The position numbers and the translations under genes are program-made. From Eledone cirrhosa (lineage: Eukaryota): a stretch of DNA of 64,000 bases. Location: contig OZ024741.1 in the NCBI GenBank assembly GCA_964016885.1, positions 296,980,001 through 297,044,000 of the forward strand, read 5' to 3'. Of the stretch, positions 42,490-56,200 are shown in pieces (positions within the stretch are counted from its first letter, which is position 1; the number at the start of each line of letters is the position of its first letter). Under the pieces are notes generated by a model. It ran no database searches and was not told where the DNA came from. It saw only the letters and a list, made by a program, of their open reading frames with translations.

Positions 42490-44800
42490 ATTGCCAAAAT
42501 GATGTTCGCATCATCTTTAAAATTTAGCCAAGGTTTGGTCCTCGTGCTATCTGCCCACTATAACAACCAAACTCGCATCTCATAGCAACAATACGACACA
42601 ATTACTTCACCTCAGCTAGCTACGCTCTCCTTAATATCATACTGAAATACATTAAGACAGAAACAGATCCTATAATATTTAAAAGTTTCCTGGACAAATT
42701 CCTCCAAGAAATCCTTGATAAACCCCCTACACACGGATATGTCGCTGAAAACAACTCTTTACTTGGATGGGCCTATAGCGGAGAACTCGTGTGTATGAAT
42801 GTAACAAGGAGACATGGTTTGTGTGTATAATATTTAATTAACAATTTAACAGTATAGTTGACATGTCAAAGAAATAGATGAAAGAATGAAACAAAGTTAG
42901 TAGTTACCGTTTTGATTGCCAGGCAAACGCGGCTGGCAGAAGACGCCTGGCGAAGGCCAGGCGCCGGAAGGGCAAATGAGAGATAGGGAGCCGAAAGCTA
43001 TTCGTTTTATAGGGCTCTGCCGGAAGTTACAGAAAGGGTTCTACTTCCCGTCTAAATGTTGTTAATCTATTGGGGTTGTGAGTCACAACAAGGGAGGCAA
43101 CTGCTACATAACCTCCCGCCAGAATTTTAGAATATAAAAATCGAATGAAATATGTAGCAACTTGGCGAGAATGTTGTAACAGGCATGAAAATTACGACAA
43201 AAGAATGTTTGCAAAAATCAATGATAGATGTCAAGGTAGCCAACCGCTCTTGGCCAGAGAACGACTGGACATCTATCTATCCATCACCCAAAGATACAAT
43301 GTAATAAAATAAGAGAAGAGCTCAAAGTTCAAATGTACAAAATATAGTTCACAGGTGTGCAATCACATGGCAGCAGGAAAGAAAGTGTGTTCCAGAGAAT
43401 GAATGCAGGTGGTTTCTGTTCTGTGGTATATCGTGAAATTTCCAACCTCCGAATGGATTTTCTCACAGGAAGAGTGCTGCAAAAATAAATTCTCTGGCTT
43501 GTTCTGCTGGTTTTGGTTGTTTGTGAAGCTGTGTTGCTGTTGATGTTGTTGTCTCGCGGAGTGAGCGTATTCGGTGTTTAAATTCACAGTAAAAAAATTC
43601 TTTTCAGAAAAAATGAGTTGCGCAAAGTGCTAGAAATAACAGAAGTTGATGGTCGATGTTGAGAATGCGTTGACCTGGAAGGGTCAAGAGGCCAGCGACC
43701 AAAGAAATAAGCATTCTGAATAAATGCGCAGTTTTCAACGGCAAATTTACGTGGTAAATTTTTAAACCGGCAAATAGGAGAATATAGCTTAAGGCTGAAG
43801 AATCCTTGGCGAGAAACGTTATCTCTGGCGTGCGGCTATCTCTGTGAATCGAGAATTTGTGCTGCTTACACGTGCCAATACAAGGTTAAGTTAGGTTTAA
43901 AAAATAATATTTCTAACGCGCGAGAAAATGATAGTGCAAGTGTGAAAGTGACAATGATGAAAAAGAAAGGCTTCACTTAGCATAATTATTGGTGTGAACT
44001 TTGGAAAAAAAAACTTGAACGATGAACAAAACGATGAAAAAAAAAGGCAATGGTTCATGGAAAATAAATGTTCCTGTTGAAATGTTTTTTAAAAAATATC
44101 AAATTTCTTTTTTTGTTTTGAAAGTGTTCGTTGTAAGAAACGAGAAACATATATATATATCGTGAAATGCGACAGTTGATGCGTGAGAGAAAAAGTCTGT
44201 CTGAACGCGAATTTCACATGTGCGTGGTGTGTTCGTTTCTTTGACTGAGTATTTTCATAGTTTGTCAATAAATTTGCTGTGTATTCGTAATGTTACTCAC
44301 ACAACACCAGATTCTGCTATTTTTTTCTTTTTTCGGGGTGACCACTTATAACAGTGAACGGCTGCGTGTTCGTATCACGTCGGGGTTACCAATATAGCGG
44401 AGAACTCGTGTGTATGAATGTAACAAGGAGACATGGTTTGTGTGTATAATATTTAATTAACAATTTAACAGTATAGTTGACATGTCAAAGAAATAGATGA
44501 AAGAATGAAACAAAGTTAGTAGTTACCGTTTTGATTGCCAGGCAAACGCGGCTGGCAGAAGACGCCTGGCGAAGGCCAGGCGCCGGAAGGGCAAATGAGA
44601 GATAGGGAGCCGAAAGCTATTCGTTTTATAGGGCTCTGCCGGAAGTTACAGAAAGGGTTCTACTTCCCGTCTAAATGTTGTTAATCTATTGGGGTTGAGT
44701 CACAACAAGGGAGGCAACTGCTACAGGCCTTAGTGTCCAAAAAATGATGAGGTTGTGGAACCAATTATCTGAAAGACTTCGCCAGGTGGTGCTATTAAGG
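42490..44800 (+). mobile_element. CR1-like LINE 3' end, interrupted by the LTR element
   Basis: FKSFLDKFLQEILDKP...GY...NNSLLGWA; sequence resumes after the TSD at 44726. Confidence 0.6.
42774..44725 (-). mobile_element. Non-autonomous LTR retroelement (Gypsy-like): LTRs 42774-43108 and 44393-44725, TSD GGCC, tRNA-Trp PBS
   Basis: LTRs appear to differ only by a 2-nt indel. GGCC at 42770-42773 and 44726-44729. PBS TGGTAACCCCGACGTGAT, PPT GGCGGGAGG. No gag/pol recognised in the 1.28-kb interior. Confidence 0.9.
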
Positions 44801-45923
44801 CTATTAAGTATTTATATGCATATAATAAGACTGTGTGAGTGTGTGTATGTGCGCGTGAGTGTGAAATATATACATATATACCAGGTCCGGTCAGAAGGAA
44901 CCAAACTCCCACTTTAATTGCCTCCGTCTCTCCCGCTCTCCCCATCATTCACTATTGTAAGCAAATGGGCGCCCACGCAATGGCGGCCCTGGCGGACAGA
45001 ATAGAGAAGGCGTTAGACTGGCCGAAACCTACCTATGTCGCTTCTTCTGTCCCCAAGCCTTGAGAATAAAGGGCTGACCTCCAGAGGTCGTCCACTCTCA
45101 AACCTGTTGACGCCCGAAAGGAGATAACCCCCAAAATTACCGTTAGATGTCACCCAGGGGTCAAGGTGTGGACAGATTTCGCTACATACTCTCTTGATAA
45201 TGGTTTTTTAAATATTTGGAATTATTAAATTTGCTAAGGTAAGATTCTAGTGTTATATTGGCAATTTTAATTTTCTAGTGCATTGTATGGCTTTCAAAAA
45301 TATTTTAATTTGTGTTTCATATATATGAATATATATATATCCTTATAAAAAGGAAGTTTGGTTGTACGTTGATCACTAAATTAAATTGATAATAATTAAG
45401 GTTTTTCGTATTTTCAACTAATCTGAACTCCATCAAGGTAACTTGACTAATTTTCCGAAGATGGAAGGGGGGGGGGGCAGTTGGATGATAATTTACTGCT
45501 ACTTCTAGCACACAGATACTGTCTCTTCCTCCGTGATGCTGTCAATATCGAAAGAGGGAAACACTACACCTCTCACTCAAATTACCTCCTCTCTCTAACT
45601 AAAACGTTTGTTGTCAGTGGGCCTAAACTCTCTCTCTCTCTCTCTTTATCTACCTCTTTTTCTCTCTATCTGTATGTATATCTATCTATTGTTCCTCATG
45701 CTATCTATAGAGAGAGTGAAACACTACTTTAGCTTTCAGTCATTTCACTTCCCCCTCTCTATAACTAAAACGTAATGTGTGTATTTCTGTATGTCCAACA
45801 ACTAACACACGTATCATCATTATCTATAAAAGGCAGTACCAGTAATGTACTGGGTAATTGCTGGCCTTGTGCCAAAGGTAGAAACAATTATCTATAAAAG
45901 GCAGAGTTACCTCCCTGTATGAT

Positions 45924-46040
45924 CTGAGTTCAAATCCCGCCGAGGTTAACTTTGCCTTTCATCCTTCCGGGGTCGATAGAATAAAGTACCAGTAATGCAT
46001 TGGGTAATTGCTGGCCTTGTGCCAAAAGTAGAAACAATTA
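45924..46040 (+). mobile_element. Nin/Deu-domain tRNA-SINE (representative; other copies near 7300, 45835, 49895, 52485, 52604, 53410, 53640, 61728, 62300)
   Basis: B-box gagttcaaatcc plus gcctttcatcctt..ggggtcgataaaataaagtacc core, ending agaaacaattatt. Confidence 0.8.
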
Positions 46041-47153
46041 TCTATAAAAGGCAGATTGTTGTTGTTGTTGTTGTGTGTGTGTGTGCATGCTCCATGTTTA
46101 TACATTTTCACAATTTCAAACCGATTCGACTCAAAGTCTGTAAGAATGTTGAAAATGGTCTAACTTAGGTCAACGACTATTTATTTCATTCAAACTCACC
46201 CACAATTACGGAAATAATCGATAAAACTAAATACATGACGCTTTACCCCTCTAATACAATCAGATTTTCCTCTCACTACTCCCCTTAAAATTCGATAAAA
46301 CTACATACATGCTGCAATTTTCTCTTATATACGATTAAACTTAAAAACTTTAAGAGAGAGAGAGAGAGAGAGAACGTTTGTTTTTGAGTGTGGAACGGTC
46401 AAACATTTATTTACTTCAATGACAAAGAGAACTTATTACATTTCATACGAAACAACAATTATTCAAAAGCAACAGATAAATTTATTCAACAACAAAAAAA
46501 AATAGCGATAAATCTTTTTTAAAACATCTATCAACGAACGTGGAAGAAAAAAGTATCAGTTCATTTACTATACACAATAATATCCTCTATGAGGTCACTA
46601 AACCTGCTAGAAACACCAGCTAACTCTCCCCCATATTACACCACTCCCTACGGTCTTAAATTTAGAAAACATATCCTCTATGAGGTCACTAAACCTGCTA
46701 GAAACAGCAGCTAATTCTCCCCCATTTCACACACCTCCCCACTGTCTTAAATTTAGAAAACATATCTTCTGTGAGGTCACTAAACCTGCTAGAAACAGCA
46801 GCTAACTCTCCTCCATATCACACCCCTCCCTACTGTCTTAAATTTAGAAAACACACATTAGACAACCATGCAGAACAACTCCATCGCAGCTCTGTTGTTC
46901 GGCTGGCATCGTCTACGCGTGTGTTGCGCAAGTACTGTGAAACAATAAATTTCAACACTTCTTTGCACAGAGATAATATCCATAGGCGAAACTACATTTG
47001 TCACTGCTGGCGCAGCTCCTGCTTCGGCAGTCCAGGTCTGCAATTCATTCACCCAGTGCCTGGCAGATAAAAAAAAGTACTGCAATAAAATGGGTGGTGC
47101 AACCTAACTTTGGTAACTTGCTGACCCCGAGCAACGCCGGGCTTTAATGCTAG
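46041..47153 (+). mobile_element. Non-autonomous Helitron
   Basis: A|TC 5' end, 3' hairpin cccgagcaacgccggg then CTAG|T; three internal repeats of about 92 bp at 46580-46855. Confidence 0.7.
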
Positions 47154-47202
47154 TATATATATATATATATATATATGTAGATACACTCGCACGCACATAT
47201 AC

Positions 47203-47247
<45 letters not shown>

Positions 47248-47979
47248 AGCAGACACACGTATATATATATATCTATAATACTTATAAAAAGGAAGATGTA
47301 CGTTGACCTCTAAATACACTAAATAAAATTAGTAATAATCAAGGTTTTTCCCTGTGTGTTCGGCTTATATAACCTCCGACATGCTCGCAATCGACTTTTT
47401 CTCCGAAAACGGAATATGGTTGGGGGGAGGGGGGGGGCTCGGATTTCCCAAGCCTCGGAGATTTCTTTAGTAATTTCTTTTCTTTTCTAGTTTCTTTTGT
47501 TTGTTTTCGAACAATCTAACATCCGATTCACTCGCCAACGACTCCTTTTTTCGACAGGGAGTGAGGGAGGGGTGGCTTCGGAGTTACAGATAAGCACTTC
47601 TCAGCCGTTTAAATTTATAGAAAACCACCCGCTGGGGAGCATGAAGAAATATTTTTCCTAGTTTTTTTCGTGTTTTCAACTAATGTGACCTCTGACATGT
47701 TTGCAATCACCTACTTTTCTGAAAACCGAATTGGGGGAAACTCAGATTTTTCTAGCCTCGGGGATTTCATCAGTGCGAATAACAGAGGCGATGGGGGGGG
47801 GGGGGGTCTGAGACTCGGAGTTACAGGTAAGCACCTCTCAGCCGTTTACATCTATAGAAAGGCAATCCTTTGACACTGAAGGATGTTTTGATTCTTCATC
47901 ATTTTGTACTGTTGTGGAAAGCGTTGTAAGCTTAATTAATTAGATGTTCCTCAATTTCGAAATCTACCATTCCAATGAG

Positions 47980-48820
47980 AAGTGGCTGCGTGAAAATGGC
48001 TGTAATCCTTGTCCCCCAAAACATCACAGTGAATGCCATCAACAAAATTTCTCATAAATGATTCCTGGAGATAGCCACACCTGTAAATCTATCGACGAAT
48101 TTATTGACGAGGACGATGCTGTTCATTATCCCGTTGAATTTCTCAACAATGTGGAACTGTCCGGTATGCTGCCACACAACTATCGTTTATTTCCGTATTA
48201 CCACGACTTCTGACAGCTAATACCATGAACTTAAATGAATTTTCACCAACAGTGGAGTTACTTCTGACAGCTAATACCATGAACTATATTTTCATAGTCA
48301 TGGTTATCAATGTAGAAAACAAGTCATTTTCACCAACAGTGGAGTTAACTTAATTGAAAATATAGGTGGCCCTTAAAAGGGCCAAATTAGAAAACAAATA
48401 TATGGTTATCAAATTTTTTTCACCAACCCTATACATGAAATTGATAACCATGACTATGAAAATATAAATGATTAAATCCAATTTATTTGATAACCATGAC
48501 TTGTTTTCTAATTAACTTAAATTTGTTTTCTAATTTGGCCCTTTTAAAGGCCACCTATATTTTCATTTAAGTAACTCCACTTACATCGATATGCTTTATT
48601 AAAATAACGCGTGGCAATACGGAAATAAACGATGTTTACGATTGAGAAGGTTGACGAAACTTTCACTTCTGACAGCTAATAGCATGGTCGTGCCTCGTTT
48701 TTATATCTAGAATATCGCTAATAGCAACAGATGTCCCTTTTTGTTTCAAATGATTGCAATTCCCAGAGAGAGTCAGTTACATTATGACCATTAACAAGTT
48801 CCATAATCAAACCCTACAGG
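47980..48820 (+). mobile_element. Helitron Pif1-helicase remnants split by a foldback insert (about 48180-48690)
   Basis: HYPVEFLNNVELSGMLPH (cf. YPxEFLNSLxxSGxPPH); degenerate DVPF...MTINK region. Confidence 0.7.
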
Positions 48821-49214
48821 TTCCTGTGATGTTCGAAACGTTTGGTGGAGCTGTGCAGCTCACAGCGAAGTTCTTGTCATCGCTGGCGGCTCCGTCATAC
48901 TGAGCTATCAGGTGATGCCTGTGAGGGTGCCTGATTGTTTCAGCGCTTTAGCCTGAAGCGTATTGGCTTGCCTCAAAGTATTTAGTTAACCTCAAAATAT
49001 TTAGTTAAGATGTGATGTGCGGCCGATTGTCGCACTTGGCGATGACTCTTCATATATGCTCCAGAAGTTCTGTAAATGTTTTTTTTTTTTTTTTCGTAGA
49101 ATACATATGCATATATGTGAGTATGTGTGTACAAGAATATATATATGTGTACGTGCATTTGTGTACGCGCGAGTAGGTGTATGCGTGTGTGTGTGTGTAT
49201 ATATCAACGTGTTT

Positions 49215-49760
49215 TAAGTGAGAGCTTTGGCCCGGGCAAACATCACCTCAATTTTGGAACCGCCTGGGTTGTCCAGAATTGATGGGAAAAGACCTGACGG
49301 CCTTACCCTGTGCCTCTGATCGAGAGGCAGGTGCCTTGTCTGGGACGTCACACTTAGTGACTCTTTTGCTTCTTCCCACATCCTAGATGCTGCGGTTAGG
49401 GCGAGAGTCACAGCTTCCGCAGCTGAACGGAACAAAATCCTAAAATACCGTGATCTGTTGGCCAACTACATTTTCCAGCCTGTGGCGTTCCAGACGCTTG
49501 GGGGAGTTGGGCTACTGACTGCGAGATTCCTATCTTCATTGGCGGCTCGCCTAACAGAAGTAATTGGTAAAGCTCGTGGGGGCGCTTGGTTGTTCCTGCG
49601 CATCAGCCTCACCATCACCCGAAGTAACGCCGCGAACCTGCTGGCTTGCCTAGAGGTTTCTCAGTGCTCCTCGCGATACTGTTATCTTTTACTCTGGTAG
49701 CGGCTCGGTTGTCCACCCCTTTCGCCTGCCTTTTGCTCTATGGGGTCCTAGATGTGTGTG
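49215..49760 (+). mobile_element. CRE-clade non-LTR retrotransposon RLE 3' fragment (shorter copies at about 48830-48980 and 50525-50720)
   Basis: [45 protein letters not shown]. Confidence 0.8.
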
Positions 49761-50274
49761 CTAACCGCTTGTGTTGTTGTTTTTTTCTTTTCTCTTCCTT
49801 TTCCTCTTGCTTTTTTTTTTTCATTTCCCTTTCCTTTATATTATATCTGTCTGTGTTTTCGTTCTGTAAGCATTTTGGCAGTATCAGTAGACGGTCTGAG
49901 TTCAGATCCCGCGGAGGTTAACTTTCATCCTTACTGGGTCGATAAAATAAAGCACCAATAATGCACTGGGATAATTGCTGGCCTTGTGCCAAATGTAGAA
50001 ACAATTATTATATTTCTTTTTTATACAACTGTAAGAAATAGTGTTTTTTATATTACAAATGAAATTTATTACGTTATTCTAAATTATGACGTCATAATGG
50101 CAAATTGAGAGAAAAGATATTTTTGGATTTTTATTCTTTTACCTAGATATATATCAATGCGAATAGCTCGATATTTTCTTGTGTGAAAAAAATCAATCAA
50201 TTATTTCATTTGTTGTGATATATCGATACATTATTGTTTATATTTGTTAAATTTACTTTTCTTTTTCCATAAAT

Positions 50275-51324
50275 ATGACTGAAAAGAGCAAACGTCGCTC
50301 CGGCCGTTTTGCAAAATTTATTGCCGGAGCCCAATATTTGGCTGAGATTAGCATTCCTTGTTACCGTCGACCAGGACGATGTCAGCACCAAGATGACGTA
50401 TGTGTAGCTCCACCTTTGGAGGATCCATTACCACTAGCACGAAGACTGGATATAAATGAATCGGCTCAAACAAATATCAAGCAGGGTAAGTAATCATGAA
50501 AACAGTTGGTAATATATGAAATACAAGGAGGGCGCTTGGTTGTTCCAGCGTATCAGCCTCGCTATCATCCAGGGTAACGCTGCAAGCGTTGCTGGCTTGC
50601 CTCAAAAATTACTGGACAGGTTTCCCAGTGCTCCTTGCGATATTATCTTTTGCCCTCGTAGCGGCTCATTTGTCCATCCCTGTCGCCTGCCTTTTCTTGT
50701 ATGTGGTCCTAGATGTGTGTATTACCTGCTTATGTTTTTTTTTCTTTTTTTCCTTTCCCTTTCCTTTTTTCATTGGTAAAATAAATTAAAAAATCATTTT
50801 ATTAAGATTGTATGAATTTACAGTTGAAAAACATTACAAATATGTTTTGAATATATACATAAATAACATTACAAATGCGTAAATAACATTATAAATTGCT
50901 TGCAATTCGTTCAGAAGAACATTACAAATATAATGTCTAAACCGTGTATAAAAATATAATATAATTCATTGAACAATATATTATATTTGTTTGTGTTTCC
51001 GTTCTGTAAGCATTGTTATACATATTTGTTTTTATACAACTGTGAATAAAACATACTTAATTAGGGGGAAATGAAAGAAAAATAAAGACAAGCTAATTAA
51101 ACAGTTGTCCTATATTTTGTAGCTTGTCTTGTAGACCATTGTAAATCTATTTTCACAAGAGATATCTCTCGCCCACATCAAAGTGGGTGGGTGATCTTCC
51201 CGTCGATCCTGAAACTTAAGGTCGCTCATACATGTTAAGTGTATAACATTTTATATTAAATAAGCTCTTTTGCACTCTCAATAGATTGAGCAATGTCTTC
51301 CTTGACCTTTTATCTACGGATATC

Positions 51325-51380
<56 letters not shown>

Positions 51381-52937
51381 CTATATATACATTGTTTCCT
51401 TTGTTTTTGTTTACAAACTTGCCAGAAGTGAAAACTGATTGTCCAAGTGAGACGCCAGTTATTGACGGTGAGTTATTCATACATAACATTTCTAGTTTTA
51501 TATATATATATATATATATATATGCCGATCTACTTCACCACGGGATGGATGTGCATGGCCACCAGAATATCACAATGATCTCTCCTCGCTGACCTCGATA
51601 CTTGTATCCGAGCGGCAGCTGGGAAGATATGCAATGTCAGGTTTGACGATGCTGAATAGCAACAGGCCACTTTACCTGTCAGATATGGCGGCCTTGGCCT
51701 CCGGTCCCTGATCTCGCTGGCTTTGCAGGCGTTTCTTTCATCGGTAACCCCATGCCGCGTCCTCGTCAGCAGGGTTCTCCAAAACACAATAGAACTCTCT
51801 GTGTTCAAGGAACGTGAGGTCGCCTGTGAGACGTGGGACATGCTGCGACTTATCCCGGTAGACGTCCCTCCTCCTTCTCCCCCTGCTGACGTCAAGTCCC
51901 CCCAAAGCGCATGGGATTCCATCCAGTGCAGCCTGGCCTCAGATAGGCTCACACGCCAGCTCGATCAGCACCGCCCTGCCTGTTTTCGCGCGAGCTCCAA
52001 ACCCCACAGTGGTGCCTTGGTCCATGCCTTGCCCTGCTTCTTCCCTGGCACGCAGCTGGATAACGATAGCCTGTGTATCAGCATTTCCTTGAGGCTTGGA
52101 CAGAGCCACATAAATGTCGCTGTGGATCCACTGTGGACTCTTTCGGACTCCACTCGCTTTCCTGTCACCACAGTGCTGGCCGCCTTCCACACCATGTTGC
52201 CCTCAACGAGGTCATTAAGCATGGCTTCGACGCTGCAGACTCCCCCCCCCCCCAGCTCGAGCCGGTGGGATTGGACTGAGGGGATGGAAAAAGGCCAGAC
52301 GGTATGATCATCTTCCCGTTCCGCAGTGGAAAACCCCTCATCTGGGATGCCACTTGCAGCGACACAGCAATGATTGCGTAAACATCTGATGAAGTCACAT
52401 TAATAACCATGTAACAGAAATATATATATAATGCAATAAACAATTATAGTGATTTAACCCCATCTTAACTACCATTATTTCATATCCGCCGAGGTTGACT
52501 TTGCCTTTCGTCCTTATGGGGTCGATAAAATAAAGTACCAGTAATGCACTGGGTAATTGCTGACCTTGTGCCTAAAGTAGAAACAATTATTTCATATCAA
52601 ACAAATCCCGCCGAGGTTAACTTTGCCTTTCATCCTTACGTGGTCGATAAAATAAAGTACCAGTAATGTACTGGGTAATTGCTGGCCTTGTGCCAAAAGT
52701 AGAAACAATTATTTCATATATATATATATATATTTGTATGGTTCACCATTGGGTAGAACTGGTCATTCCGTTTAGTTAATTATGGTGTAATATTAAGAAA
52801 AGCACTCTACGTTATGCAACTCATTTGTTGTAGATGTTGATTCCTGGTGCAGGAACGGAGTTAAACGTTTATTTAATTAAAATAACAGAAGGCAGAACTG
52901 GAAATATTTCCAGTCTGCCCTTCTCTTGTTTTAATTA

Positions 52938-52978
<41 letters not shown>

Positions 52979-53222
52979 CAAGGTTTAGTAAATAGAGAAA
53001 AAGTTTTAAAATAAATTTCAAAAAGTTCACTGTACTTACTATATGTGCCTTTACCGCGGTTTCCGATCTCAAAATAAACAGATAATCCAAGCGGATTTCC
53101 ATTGAGAAAGAGTTCTTTATCAGAAGGCTTTTCTCACTCGGAGAATATAAAATTCTCGAGTTCAAATCACAAACTGGCGCCATACAAAACTGTTCCCGAA
53201 TGAGAGTGAATTAGAGAAGAAA

Positions 53223-53262
<40 letters not shown>

Positions 53263-56200
53263 GAGCGAGAGGGGCAGTAAGAAAGGAAGACAGTGATAAG
53301 TGTATGATTGTTATGTTTTATCTTTTTTTCAGTCATACCTCTGGTAGAGATTGCAAGACCTGATTTACGGAGATGTGAGTATTATTATTATTATTGTTGT
53401 TGTTGTGTGGTGGCTTGGCAGTATCACTAAAATGTCAGACAAGTTGCTTTGCAGCATATAGTTACATCCCTTTACATTCTGAGTTCAAATCTCACCAAGG
53501 TCAGCTTTGCCTGTCATCCTTATGAGGTTGATTAAATAAAGTACCAGTAACACACCGGAGCCGATTTAATCGACTTTATCCTTCCCCAAAAAATTGTTGG
53601 GTCTTGTGCCTAAATCAGAAACCATTATTATTTTGGTTGTTACGGCCCTTGCCATTCTCAGTTCAAATACCGCCGAGGTTAACTTTGCCTTTCATCCTTA
53701 CGGGGTCAATAAAATAAAGTACCAGTAATGCACTGGGTAATTGCTGGCCTTGTGCCAAAAGTAGAAACAATTATTATTTTGGTTGTTGTTGTTACAATTA
53801 TGGATAACAGAGACCTCATCATTCTAGCAAGTGACTTGAAATGGCATGTTAGGCAACAGCAAGATAGCTAGTCTGGAGTGCATGATATCTATGGAGATGG
53901 CTAGAGAAGTGAAGAGGGATTAAGGCTCCAAGAATTCAGTGATGCAAAATACTTAACCATTTGCAACAGTAACCAATCAGGCAAGCATGCTAGCCAGATT
54001 GGCTTCATGCTCAATAAGTTTTAAAAAACTTTATGTAGAATCTCTACAAGACAACTTGTTTTAGGTTGTTTATGGAAAGTGTGGCTTGAGAAAAGTATCA
54101 GCCAAACAAAATTGGGGCAGCAAAGAGCAATACCAAAGCTCAATGACAAGTTTACATATCATGTAAAGAAGCAGAAAGCAAGAAGTTTGCTAATGCCTTG
54201 TTAACTGAGAGTCAACAGGGTGAGGTGTTCCACATTATGAAGCAATGTCTCAGTGTGAATCAAAATGCTGTTAGAGAGAAGTGTGTTTGAATAGACACAT
54301 GTACAATTAACCCCACTGAGGATCAGCAGAAGGAGGCCTGGAAATGCTACTGTGAGAGGTTGATGAATGTGGATAATGAGTGAAATGAAAAGGTACTACT
54401 TCATGTAGACTCAACAAAAGACTTGTTTATCAAAACAGACAGTTTTAGAGTCAAAGAAGCAATCAGAGTTGTGGACGGGTGTTGCACAACTACTATCACA
54501 TGTAAGTCAGATTTATATTGAAGGTTGAACCGCCACCTTCTTTTAGAAGGGAGGCACTGCAAGCCTTCTTGGTTGGGTGATTTGCTAGTTAAGAAAGCTG
54601 TATGGTGAACTCATCTAAATGGATTGAGGACAGGACTCTTTGTTTCTTGTCAAACCCTCATCAACTTCTATAAGTTCTACTTGAAGAGGAAGGTGAGGGT
54701 AGAAAGGGACATGCTGCTCCTTAATGTGTTTTATGAAAGATAGCTGACAGTGGCGAGTTTCTCCCTGGAAATACCTTAAACTGTAGTCCACACTATTTTC
54801 TATGTATAATTATTACTATTTTTACTATTGTTATTCTTACTGTTTTGTGATGTCCCCTTTACTTAATGTAAAGCTCATTCTTTAGTACAATACCTGGACA
54901 TCACTATGTACTCCTGGTTTATATAGTGTACACACATACAGATATACACACATACATACATACAAACATACACATACGTTTACTATAGTACTTGACTCAG
55001 TAGGTCATTATAACTTACCATTTTTAAATTGTAAGTTATAATACAAACGCTTTCTATTTTTTAATGAATTATATTGTTACTAATTATATTGTTACTAATT
55101 ATATTGTTACATATTATATGGTTGTATATACAACAAACACTGTAAGGCTATTTCCTCAGTTATACAAATTGTAGGCTTCATAACAAACATCATATTAGCC
55201 ATGGGATCCTTTTTTAGATAATGTGGTATTACCAAATGCTTTCCTGACACCAGCCCTTTTGTTATGTCTTACAATATTATGAACCGTATATGTATGTGTG
55301 TGTGCGTGTGTGTATATATATATATAGAAAGAGAGAGAGAGAGACTGAGATGTAGGATAGATAGATAAATATTATTGTCATTTTTTTCTGTTTTTAGTTC
55401 CAACTTCTGTAGAAACCGCTGAGCCAGATTCATCAACATGTGAGTATTATTATTGTTATTATTTGGTACAGAGACAAGCTGTAACACCAATCTGAGACAC
55501 TGTGATCCCTCCCCTCCACAGAGACAAGCTGTAACACCAATCTGAGACACTGTGATCCCTCCCCTCTACAGAGACAAGCTGTAACACCAATCTGAGACAC
55601 TGTGATCCCTCCCCTCCACAGAGACAAGCTGTTACACCAATCTGAGACAGTGATCCCCCCTCCACAGAGACAAGCTGTAACACCAATCTGAGACAGTGAT
55701 CCCCCCCCCTCCACAGAGACAAGCTGTAACACCAATCTGTGACAGTGATCCCTCCCCTCCACAGAGACAAGTTGTAACACCAATCTGTGACAGTGATCCC
55801 TCCCCTCTACAGAGACAAGCTGTTACACCTATCTGAGACAGTGATCCCCCCTCCACAGAGACAAGCTGTAACACCAATCTGAGACACTGTGATCCCTCCC
55901 CTCCACAGAGACAAGCTGTTACACCAATCTGAGACACTGTGATCCCTCCCCTCCACAGAGACAAGCTGTAACACCAATCTGAGACACTGTGATCTCTCCC
56001 CTCCACAGAGACAAGCTGTAACACCAATCTGAGACAGTGATCCCCCCCTCCACAGAGACAAGCTGTAACACCAATCTGTGACAGTGATCCCGCCCCTCCA
56101 CAGAGACAAGCTGTTACACCAATCTGAGACAGTGATCCCTCCCCTCCACAGAGACAAGCTGTAACACCAATCTGAGACAGTGATCCCTCCCCTCCACAGA

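Noticed and set aside
45040-45100. Twister- or HDV-like ribozyme (gtccccaagcc; gacctccagaggtc)
   Set aside because: Could not assemble the required helices and pseudoknots by eye.
50340-50420. Minus-strand [11 protein letters not shown] resembling a PLP-dependent dehydratase
   Set aside because: Short and closed by a stop; the plus-strand exon with a consensus donor explains the region better.
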